64,000 nucleotides of DNA, from positions 558,001 to 622,000 of the forward strand of contig NOWV01000020.1 of assembly GCA_003344405.1 (NCBI GenBank), given 5' to 3'. Positions 11,401 to 22,175 of the stretch are shown piece after piece. This stretch comes from Trichoplax sp. H2. Lineage: Eukaryota. The number at the start of each line of letters is the position of its first letter. Position 1 is the first letter of the stretch. The notes beneath the pieces are model-generated. The model had not been told where the DNA came from and did not search any database. It saw only the letters and a program-made list of their open reading frames with translations. The position numbers were made by a program, and so were the translations under genes.

Positions 11401-14400
11401 GCAATGACCAGTCATAGAATTTATATTAAGTAAAGTACAAATTAATTATCATATTACGTATATTCACCTTTTTCCATATACTAATAATTCCATCATCGAC
11501 ATCTTGTTGGTAGTCAATTATGAGAAAGACACATCCTACGAGGAGATAACGTTGACGCATTTTATTTTCAATAACAGAACTACCAATAATGATGCTATTA
11601 TTCTGATCTGCAGTTTTTCCCGTCCGGTCGCTACCAGGACCAAATAAATTTTTATCTATATCGGTTGATAATGCGGAATCTTTAGTGAGAACATCTTCGC
11701 TTATTTTATTTACTTCCATATTAATCATCGAATCAGATTCCAAAATATCTTGGGGTAGACCGACATTTACCGCAGTTGTCTTCATATTTTTGTTAATCGG
11801 TATCTCATTGTTCTTATTACTAACAGTGACAGCTGTGTTTATTGTGCTCGTAACTTCAGAACGTTGATTGTTATTCAGGTTAATAGGAAGTTCTACCTCA
11901 TTTACAGACTCTAATTTACTGTAATTACTTATGGAGGTTTGGGTATTTGGGGTGAAACTTTCATCAGCTGGCTTGGCTTCCTGACATCTAGCTCGTCGTT
12001 GCTCCTCAGTTGTTATCAATCCTGATTTTTCGGTTGCAATTTCCAGTTTCTCACATGAGTTTTTGTACTTTGTGTTAAAAAGATATTGATCATTTAATAT
12101 TGCACTTGTTAAGGAAGTTGATTTAATATCTTTATTTATCTCTTGGGAATGTTTTAAATTCATAGTTTTTGTAGTGCTATCAATCTGACTTGCATCTTCA
12201 ATTTTGCTATTATCACATGTAGAAAGTGCATCTTTCCTCTTACTTGAATCCTCAACTTGTAATTGCTTATTTTCAGAAATATTGATTGATGATTTCTTGT
12301 GATTAGATATATTTACTAGGTGTAAATTTATGTCAGCATCATCAGTAGAGTCAATCCTACCAACAGCCTTCATAACTTGCTTTATATTGCCGGCATGTTT
12401 TGGCTGCTTTTCATCGCTATCATCAGCTGCACTTTTAGTAATGCCAAACTCTTGCGATTGTTTATTATTCTTATCAATAGGTAAAGCTGTATCATTGATA
12501 TTACCAGTTGTACCAATCAAAGGCATCTTAGTCCTTTTCGGGGGTCCAAAGTAATCAAAAGTGCCAAGTGCAGACATAGCAGGATTTTCCAAGTTTGATT
12601 CATTTACACTATGTTGAATTATATTTTGACTCCCTTCTGTACAAGATTTAGGTTGAGCTTTATTTTTTGTATCTATGCGTATTATCGATTTAGCCCGATG
12701 AGCGTTTTGCAATACTTGTTCGCATTTGATTTTGCCATCACTTTTATCAACAATTTCTTGAGCATCATTTTTACTTTCAGCCGGTAAGGTAGCGCCTTTA
12801 ACATGGTGATTTGGCTTGTCATCGTCAATTGTAAATAGTTCTTCATTCAATTTGGTACCAGCTTTAATACTGTGAGTAATCCAATAAGGCGTGACAATAT
12901 TAATTCCTTGAGTAGATTTCAAGTCCATCTCATCGTCTGCTTCCTAAATGAAATCAAGTGGTTTAAAAACTGCATATTTATCCTCTCTTATTAGAATATG
13001 GGATTAAAACTATTTCGATTGCAGAACAGCAGGTACAGGATTGATTGTTACCGTTGTCGTTAAGCATCACCTACCCAATTTTTATCACCAACTATGATAT
13101 GAGTACACTTAGAATGGATAGTGTTGGTAAAAGTTCCACCATGAAAAGTTAGCATTGCCCATAATTTCTTCTGGTCTTCAGAACATATCTATAGCAGATA
13201 ACGAAACCTCTTATTCAATGATGTAAGCTGAAATTAACTTGGATTGATCAACAAGATCAAAGATATGGAAGACATATTGACTATAGTGTAATCATTTGCT
13301 GTATGAAGCACTGCAAAAACTGATACTATGCCTTGCCACATGGTGGGAAGATTACCTTCCAAAAGGCTACTAGAGTATTCTGGAAAATCCTAGATGAATT
13401 GACAAGGTACGGGTAACATCTAAATCCCATAGGTGGCAGTTCAGGAATATAATGTAGCATAACGATCGCAGTACATGTTTTAACTCTAGCTTTGTAACTT
13501 ATACACTCTAGTGATGTTACATAGATTAAAGCTGAAATCTTTTCAATAACCAATGTAATGTCGATTTAGGAACACGGAAGTACTGTATGATGATACTACA
13601 AAGACAAGCTATGATAAAAGATACGGTAACATCCTGCCATGTTTCGCTGACATGATGACCCAATCAGGCTGTTATGGTACAAATTGAAAGGAAAAATTAG
13701 TCGTTCACTTTCAGTATGTGCTGTATTATCATCATTTTAACGTACTTAGTAGCCGTTAATTAGTAGAATAATTAGCTGTCAACAAATTACATTGGTTACC
13801 ATTGTAAAATTTGAAGACAATATCAGTTTCATGATACTTACTTTAACGATGTCTAAGCTGTAATTTTCGGCTTTCGAATAATCATCGTGGCTGGAATCTT
13901 GGCAGATTGCATGTGTTACAAGGGTTGATAAGTAATATTCACGTTCCGCGCCACCTTGGCGCAAGACATGAGCGACCTATTACACGATTGTGTTAATGGC
14001 TGTCATTATAGGTTATTGTATTTTTCTTAATTACAGCGACATAAAGATAAATTGATCGTGTTTGGTTGATGATTTTCCATTGTAATATTATCGTTATTTA
14101 TTGTAGCTGATCTATTAGCAAACAGAGTTGGTCATTTTGATTGATAGTACTGTCGATAGTACAATATTAATTTGGATATTGCACATAAGTTAGCATTTGT
14201 TATTGAATGGTGTGACAAAGGGGTAGAGCAAGTGCAGACGATGGATAAAGAAAACTATCAATTACCAATTAATGATATCCATATCAGCGTATTCTAATTA
14301 ATTGTACACTGTACCGTAATGGTAGAGTAAGCAATAACCAACAAATCCTTTGCACACGTTGCTACTCTTTTTCTGTACTCTCTTGATTGAAAGTATTTCT

Positions 14401-15066
14401 ACAGTATACCTGGACTCTTGTACAGTACTGTACTGGATAAATTAATAGGATGAGCTAATATAAACGGTTGGACTATCCATGCAAACTGTCGACAAAACAT
14501 TTTGATGAATGATCATTTATCATTGAATTGTCTAGTAGCAACGTTATTATGATCGTTGATCACCGATGAAAATGATATCAAAAGGCAAGCTAACTATTTG
14601 CCTGAATAAATCAATTTCATTGAATTCATTGCACACTGCAAGAGGATCGATAAAAGTTGGAGAGCGGAGTCAATGGATTTGCTGGTGTCACTAAATATCC
14701 AATGTACACCCCAAATTTTCAATTGAGCACTAAAATGATTTATTTGACTGTGAAGAATCGCTTCTGAATTTAGCAATGGCGGTCAACATTGCCCATGTAA
14801 ACGAATATAAGTGGACGTAGAAAGATGATCAATCCTTGTTATGGCATAATAATCTAGTGTGTAGAAGCAATTCTAGCAAGTTTGTTAGGGACGATAGGAG
14901 GAAACGATTTCACTAGCTGGCGACATTTGGATCGCACAACACCTGACTATGCTGACGTCAATCAGCTTCACAACAATCCATGACAAGTGCGAAGACTTCT
15001 ACATACCTCATCGCTAACGGATCCCACCAAATAATAACTGACACCCGCGAAAACTTGTGATTGCAT
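8464..15066 (-). CDS. PAXIP1: PAX-interacting protein 1 (PTIP), multi-BRCT protein
   Basis: ATG 15066 MQSQVFAGVSYYLVGSVSDE, then VAHVLRQGGAEREYYLSTLVTHAIC..PDWVIMSAKHGRMLP and ICSEDQKKLWAMLTFHGG..KCTHII (human EDRSALWALVTFYGG..KCTHLI). One large low-complexity exon at about 12943-11469. C-terminal BRCTs: ITRTEKFLCCFATCRHVIRSEWVEQS, LFIISCPKD, FYTADFVVISILRQ. The 3' end is 8464 if the last U12-type intron is spliced, otherwise the stop is at about 8614. Confidence 0.92.
8501..8653 (-). other. Candidate U12-type (minor spliceosome) AT-initiated last intron of PAXIP1
   Basis: 5' site ATATCCTTT (8653-8645). Branch-like TTCTTAAC (8517-8510) lies about 10 nt before an AA/AG end at 8501/8500. Confidence 0.7.
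13420..13624 (-). other. Candidate U12-type GT-AG intron of PAXIP1
   Basis: 5' site GTATCTTTT (13624-13616), branch-like TTCCTGAAC (13447-13439), AG at 13420 with no pyrimidine tract. Splicing gives in-frame GRMLP|CYPYLVNSSRIFQN. Confidence 0.65.
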
Positions 15067-15217
15067 CTCGAAGTAGTCACAGCAATTAATCCATTTATAC
15101 TAAGCCCAATTTTAAATTAGCATCCATTGCATTTTATTTTTCCTAGGCCAACCTAAAATGTCCGCTCAAATTGATCGACTTGAACAGTAGTAGCTCGTCC
15201 TAGTAGTGCCTAGTGGC

Positions 15218-15472
15218 TGTACAGTACGGATGTGTATACTGCACCAATGGTTACTGTACAATGGTTCGCGCTATTATTATAACTTCAAATTGACCGCAGT
15301 TGTACAACAATATTGCAATAATAATTCCCAAAATTGAAAAAAAAACATGAAAAACTTGGAAACTTTTTGGGTGCTCCGTGCACAGTACTGTAACTTCCAT
15401 ACTGTATACAGTCGTCTACAGTACGCAGTAGTGCAGTATGTACTGTACTGAACATACTGTAGTCTACAGTAC
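15218..15472. promoter_or_regulatory. GTAC-rich tract upstream of PAXIP1
   Basis: Many tgtacagtac, tactgtac and tacagtac units 150-400 bp upstream of ATG 15066. Confidence 0.55.
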
Positions 15473-15699
15473 ATCAATCCCCGCCAGTTTATGAAAATTT
15501 CTTAGCGGAAAGTGTCGTACTAAATATTTCTTCTATCGCACACAATTTCGACATTTTATTATGTACAAGTGTTTCTTGGTGCAGTACATAAATGACATCA
15601 GGATGACAGTTTGAGCGAAGTATTGTTAGGAATTTTTATAAACTACCCGCGTAATAAATCTCTTCTTCCTAATTCTCCAATAATTCTAATCGCTAACCA

Positions 15700-16184
15700 T
15701 TCAGAGTAACAACAGTTTATGACCAGGTTCTCGTTAACAACTATCTTCCATTGCAGACTATAATCTCAAAGGTATGAAAAAGATAAAACTCTCCCAACGA
15801 TTCAGAGTAAAGCAGTTCACTACGAGTTTCTCGTCAACAGCTATCTTCCACTGCAGACTATAATCTCTAGTACGAATAAGATGAAACTCTCCCAACGATT
15901 CAGAGTAAAGCAGTTCACTACGAGTTTCTCGTCAACAACTATCTTCCACTGCAGACTATAATCTCTAGTACGAATAAGATGAAACTCTCCAAACGATTCA
16001 GAGTAAAGCAGTTTATGACGAGGTTCTCGTCAACAACTATTTTCCACTGTGGACTATAATCTCAAGTAACCAACAAGACAAACTCTCCAAACGATTCAGA
16101 GTAAAAAAAGTTTATAACGAGGTTCTCGTTATAAACTATCTTCCTCTGCAGACTATAAACTCAAGTACGACAAAGACAAACTCT
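15700..16184 (+). repeat. Tandem minisatellite, 5 copies of about 98 bp
   Basis: Unit start ttcagagtaa at 15700, 15801, 15899, 15997 and 16095. Internal hairpin acgag-ttt-ctcgt. The outer copies are the more diverged. Confidence 0.95.
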
Positions 16185-16366
16185 ATTACATTACTTTAGC
16201 TACTTCTATCCACAGCTTGTTTATAACTGCAAAATCATAAATAGAAATTACTGAACAACATCCGTTCACTTATAGACTCAGAACAAGAATTAAATTCTAA
16301 ATTCTACGATTGTTGTTTGTTTCTAATAACGGAACTGGAACAACTGTTACGGCCAATCCTGGTTAG

Positions 16367-16699
16367 ACAACATCATTACAACCTGAAATTGAACATGTAC
16401 TGTATATTGTTATACAGTATACTGTACAGTACATACTTAACATGTACTGTAAACGATGTACTGTACACATTATACTGTACAGTACTGTACGCTATGGTAG
16501 CCGGACAGACTTTTCTTAATCGAAAAATGGCTACTTAAACAACATCATTACAACCTGAAATTGAACATGTGTTATACTGTACAGTACAGTATACTGTACA
16601 ACGTACAGTACATACTTAACATGTACTGTAAACGATGTACTGTACACACTGTACGCTAGGTAGCCGGATAGACTTTTCTTAATCGAAAAATGGCTACTT
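16367..16699 (+). repeat. Tandem duplication (about 170 and 160 bp) of a GTAC-tract-containing unit
   Basis: acaacatcattacaacctgaaattgaacatgt...ggtagccgga(c/t)agacttttcttaatcgaaaaatggctactt at 16367-16536 and 16539-16699. The copies differ mainly within the GTAC tract. Confidence 0.92.
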
Positions 16700-18034
16700 G
16701 ATATGCATCTTCCGTGTCAGTTTTCGAAATCACTGGTACTAATTTAATTCAATAGTATCTACGGTCTATCATAACTATTTCCAGGCGGAAATTGGCCTTC
16801 CTGTAGTAGTCCATGACTATATCTATTCATTACTGTATTGTACTGTACAACACTACTTTGAGGTAACAGAAAGAGCATTTTCACTGCAATAGTAGGACAG
16901 TACATTGCAGTATAGCACAGTATGGTGTACTACGTGTACTGCACATTCATTAGCTTTCCCTTTCCTTGCAAGAAAAACTTTCTGACATTAGAAGAGGTCT
17001 CTTCTAGTAGTCCACGCATTACGATATATGCACTCAAAGTACAGTAGTAATAAGAGTAAAATGTCCAACTCTTTGGTATTGAAATGCCCAGATTTTACGC
17101 AATATAACATGATCTGACATTCTGTAATTTTAGAGAGTAAAATTGGACTAAATCGCTTTCCTTCAGTAAAGAAAGGCTACTGGACGAGTTTCAATGCGAA
17201 ATCCTCACACTCAGTATGCTGTATATCAATGTTAGACTTTTCAGTCATACTACTACTGTGAGCATGGTGTGTGTGTTAGTTTTATCCAATAAGAAATTGT
17301 TCTTACCTGTCGACCTTGGCATTGCGGAACTCGAAGTCAAATTCATCGGACTCATTGAATTATATAATAATTACCCTTCACAACTATTTACGAATATACT
17401 ATAATTAGTCTCGAATTTCTCTTCAAAATGAACTTACGATATACAGTAACCGCCGGTGCTACGGTCACAGACATACGTGCATATCAATACGTTAGTATTT
17501 AAAATTTCTTTTATTGCAACTGTAAAAGATTGAAGGGAGAACAGTAACTTTTAACTTACAATTAACACCGTACAAATGTACTCGTTTGGGTTTAAGATAG
17601 TGCCAAACAGCGTTTAATAGCTAACCAATGTGCTGCATTTGCACATTGTATTCGAGCTAATCGCCATGCAGCATGTGATCGCCAATCAATACTGTCTAAC
17701 AAATATCAAAATTATTACAGTAGCTTTTAGATGACACAGATGATAACTCATTGTAATGGATAAAGATATTCCTAAAACTGAACGATTGCGAATATTCAAT
17801 TTCTTACTACAATATAAATTTTTGGATTGTGTACCATAGGATTGCCTGCCCACTCACTGTACATACTTCTGTTGTTGATATTATACAAGCTAGTATTGGT
17901 ATTATTTAGGCAATCAATGAAAGTAGGTAAAAGATTTCAATAACAGCACTAAAAAAAATATCTAGACATGGTGAAAATTGAAATCTGACGATCTCAGAAT
18001 ATCGTAGAAGCATACCATTTCTAACTATAACTCA

Positions 18035-19732
18035 CTAATGAGCACTGTAGGGATTAAGAGGATTCTGTGACGGAATATTTCGCTGATTTGGAACAATTGC
18101 GGATTGAGGTATATTTCTGCTAGGCTGTTGTTTAATATCAGCTTTGAAGTGGATCTGTAGAAAGAACTAATACAACACAAAAGGAATCAAACCCAAAATC
18201 AAATTAATTAAGGAAAACTATGAAATGTATTAATCCATACAGCAGTACCTGTTTCGATTCTTTATTCCATTGCGTCCATAATTTATCATCAGATTTATCA
18301 ATTTCTCGACTTGGGATCTAAATACGAATGGGTCAAAGAATGGATTAATGCTAGAGCTAACATTCACCGATCAGTTCCTCAACTCGTTAGAACGCAATTC
18401 TAAAAATTGGATATGATTATTGTCTGTGGCAACTACTTTTATAACAAGGTTATTACTTTGAAGGAAATAGTTTCATAAGGTTCTGCTGCAAATAGTAAGT
18501 ATTGCCATTGCTTATCTGGTGGCTCTATGCGCTGTTCGTAGGCTGACATAAAGCGATGCCTTGGAGTGATACCATCTACAATCTCCGGATAGTCGATCTA
18601 TGAAATTCAAAAAAACATGGTGATATAAATCATTTAAATGGTAATATCGCTAAGACTCATGATGTTGGAAAAAATATTCCTTAAATTACGTACTTGGAAT
18701 AGCAGAGATTGCTGTCCAGCTTCTTGATTATATTGCTTCGTGACTAAGTTAAATATAAACGTGTACTTTAAGATTAGTGCCAATTACGCAACTGGAAAAA
18801 TTTGGTTAATATATGTTACATTACCTTTATAACCAGGACGACCAATTTTTACAAATTGCTTCACATCTACCCTAGCCTTTTCCTAAGTAACGATAGACGC
18901 ATTAGTAACATATTCTCGTTAACTTTGTTGACAATTATCTTAAGAGTAATGGTAGCACTAACAAGAGCAGGTTGTGCGGGAGCATCTTTAGCATCTTTTG
19001 CTGCTCTTCTTGCTCTGTATAAAAGAGAGATTTATTTCATTAGCTTACAATGATATTACGATAAACTCTCCATTTATCCAATTATTAGACCACTATAACT
19101 TCTAGGTAGAGAATAATAGTAAAAGTAAGGTAAATTGTAAGCAAAACAGAAGGTGCATACAATAGATCCCAATGATTGACTTACAGATTCTGTTGGTGCT
19201 TTTTTCCTTGAGTATGTGCCAGATAACTGCCCTATTGCCAATTAAAAGTTTATACTTAGTCTTGGCGATTTGCAAAGCAAACGTGATCTGCTAAGATCAT
19301 ACTTCCAAGCAATTCTGTATGAAGTTACGAATAAGGTAGATGATTATTCTAGATACCTCATTGTTGTGTAGAGTTAAGCATAATTTACACTCATAAGTCC
19401 CCAAGTGGTTTTTCATAAAATATGGATCCTACATGAATAATAGCAAAGATTTGGATGAAGAGTAGAATGGTGCATAGCCAGCCAAGGCTTGGTAATTATT
19501 GCGTTTAAAAGTCAAGCATTCACTGGCATAGAACCATGACGATGGCGTCGCGTCGCGTGATATTTTAGATCATTCAAATTCTATTTAGGTAGTTGTCAAG
19601 TCTAACCTTGTTTAGATCGATCGTTTCCAAAGCAAGCTTTCTTAATCGTTCTCGCCGATCACGATTACTTTCTGATGACGAAGCTACACCACCGCTACCA
19701 ATTTTGGAACCGACACGATGTTGGAAATCCAT
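18035..19732 (-). CDS. SF3A2: Splicing factor 3A subunit 2 (SF3a66), about 9 exons
   Basis: MDFQHRVGSKIGSGGVASSSESNRDRRERLRKLALETIDLNK|DPYFMKNHLGTYECKLCLTLHNNE|GSYLAHTQGKKHQQNL (U1-type zinc finger), then KIGRPGYKVTKQ..GQQSLLFQIDYPEI..PRHRFMSAYEQRIEPPDKQWQYLLFAAEPYETISFK..FFLQIHFK. Stop TAG at 18037-18035. Confidence 0.97.
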
Positions 19733-20175
19733 TTTCAATTACTGTCTACTCACTCAATAGTGATGAACGATGAAAACTTTACTACAAGTGATTGGCTATC
19801 TTTGAATTACAATGTTAACAATATTAATCGCTGACTAACTACTTAACGGTACAAAACGAATATGTCTACTAAAGATAGTAATGAATAAATAAGAAAGATG
19901 ATCGCTGCATGGTCTCGCCGATCACGATTACTTTCTGATGACGAAGCTACACCACCGCTACCAATTTTGGAACCGACACGATGTTGGAAATCCATTTTCA
20001 ATTACTGTCTACTCACTCAATAGTGATGAACGATGAAAACTTTACTACAAGTGATTGGCTATCTTTGAATTACAATGTTAACAATATTAATCGCTGACTA
20101 ACTACTTAACGGTACAAAACGAATATGTCTACTAAAGATAGTAATGAATAAATAAGAAAGATGATCGCTGCATGG
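19650..20175 (+). repeat. 263-bp direct tandem duplication covering the SF3A2 start codon and upstream sequence
   Basis: 19650-19912 matches 19913-20175. The second ATG copy is at 19995. Confidence 0.95.
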
Positions 20176-20221
20176 AATTTGGATCGAATTTGGACTAGGC
20201 ACTGAGATAAGTTCTAGTGAC

Positions 20222-20808
20222 GCACAGTACAGCCAGCATTGGAAGCAGTGATGGACGATATTACCGTACAGTGTACAGTACATCCAATTACAGTACAGTA
20301 TGGAAAGGTTAATACTGTAAATCGAACCACGAAGAAGGTTCGATTGTACAGTACAATGTACAGTACTGTACAGTACAGCACAGTACTGTACACTGTATCA
20401 CTTCTTGGACGGACAGACCATTTCGGTCTTGCCAAACACTTCGACATGACTTGTCCACTGTAGAGTGTACAGTAGAGACCGTTAGTGTACACTGTACTGT
20501 ACAGTACAGTACAGTACTCAAAGTTTTTACACACGATTGTACAATGTACATTGTATCACTTCTTGGACGGACAGACCATTTCGGTCTTGCCAAACACTTC
20601 GACGCGACTGTACAGTACAGTGTACAGTACTGTACAGTATTTACGGCCATTACGGCCTGATTTGGCGAGAAAAATCTGTCTGTCCGAGGGAGTGGACAGT
20701 ACACAGTACTGAGTACAGTAAGTACACTGAGTAACAGGCCTTCTTCTAGTGCTCTGACACTTGACAGTGTGTACAGTACAGTACTGTACTTACCTACTGT
20801 ACACTGTA
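20222..20808. promoter_or_regulatory. Dense GTAC-rich tract upstream of SF3A2 with embedded GGACAGAC motifs
   Basis: Arrays of (TACAG)n and (CTGTA)n. cttcttggacggacagaccatttcggtcttgccaaacacttcgac occurs twice (about 20401 and 20559), and a related inverted copy lies at 20661-20700. Confidence 0.6.
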
Positions 20809-20997
20809 ATTACTTTGGCCGCTGCTCTTTTATGGAGCCTGCCTGAATCAAGTAAGCTATCCCACGGAAGATCTTTTCTTTCAAAGAGTTAACCCTTTTA
20901 ATTAAGCTATAAAACCCTCTTGAAACTACGACTTCCTATTTTACATAGGCACATAACCTTTATAAAACCGAATAGGATATAATGTGATTGTATTACA

Positions 20998-21017
20998 NNN
21001 NNNNNNNNNNNNNNNNN
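20998..21017. other. Assembly gap (20 N)
   Basis: Run of n characters. Confidence 1.
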
Positions 21018-22175
21018 TAAAAGTCAAGCATTCACTGGCATAGAACCATGACGATGGCGTCGCGTCGCGTGATATTTTAGATCATTCAAATTCTATTTAG
21101 GTAGTTGTCAAGTCTAACCTTGTTTAGATCGATCGTTTCCAAAGCAAGCTTTCTTAATCGTTCTCGCCGATCACGATTACTTTCTGATGACGAAGCTACA
21201 CCACCGCTACCAATTTTGGAACCGACACGATGTTGGAAATCCATTTTCAATTACTGTCTACTCACTCAATAGTGATGAACGATGAAAACTTTACTACAAG
21301 TGATTGGCTATCTTTGAATTACAATGTTAACAATATTAATCGCTGACTAACTACTTAACGGTACAAAACGAATATGTCTACTAAAGATAGTAATGAATAA
21401 ATAAGAAAGATGATCGCTGCATGGAATTTGGATCGAATTTGGACTAGGCACTGAGATAAGTTCTAGTGACGCACAGTACAGCCAGCATTGGAAGCAGTGA
21501 TGGACGATATTACCGTACAGTGTACAGTACATCCAATTACAGTACAGTATGGAAAGGTTAATACTGTACAGTAAATCGAACCACGAAGAAGGTTCGATTG
21601 TACTGTACAGTACTGTACTGTACAGTGTACTGTACACTGTATCACTTCTTGGACGGACAGACCATTTCGGTCTTGCCAAACACTTCGACATGACTTGTCC
21701 ACTGTACAGTAGAGTGTACACTGTACAGTACAGTACAGTACAGTACAGTACACTGTACTGTACTGCAAGTACCCATTTTTACATACTGTACTGTACTGTA
21801 CAGTACAGTATTTACGGCCATTACGGCCTGATTTGGCGAGAAAAATCTGTCTGTCCGATGAGTACAGTAAGTACAGTACAGTACGTACACTGAGTAACAG
21901 GCCTTCTTCCAGTGCTCTGACACTTGACAGCGTGTACAGTACAGTACACTGAGTACAGTACTGTACAGTACTTACCTACTGTACACTGTAATTACTTTGG
22001 CCGCTGCTCTTTTATGGAGCCTGCCTGAATCAAGCTATCCCACGGAAGATCTTTTCTTTCAAAGAGTTAACCCTTTTAATTAAGCTATAAAACCCTCTTG
22101 AAACTACGACTTCCTATTTTACATAGGCACATAACCTTTATAAAACCGAATAGGATATAATGTGATTGTATTACA
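21018..22175 (+). repeat. Second copy of 19506-20997 (SF3A2 exon 1 and upstream region), probably an uncollapsed haplotype
   Basis: Near-identical to 19506-20997 outside the GTAC tracts. The duplicated interval begins and ends exactly at the N gap. It lacks the 263-bp duplication and has only one forward GGACGGACAGAC unit. Confidence 0.9.

Noticed and set aside
15700..16184. CRISPR-like appearance of the 98-bp array
   Set aside because: The whole unit repeats with no unique spacers, no cas genes are present, and the context is eukaryotic.
21018..21245. Second functional SF3A2 gene
   Set aside because: Only exon 1 and part of intron 1 are present, ending at the assembly gap. Better explained as an allelic contig overlap.
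20098..21923. Many overlapping ORFs rich in Y/C/T/V/Q/S (also at 4778, 15277 and 16317)
   Set aside because: Translation artefacts of stop-poor TACAG/CTGTA tracts. They are open in several frames on both strands and differ by frameshifting indels between the two copies.
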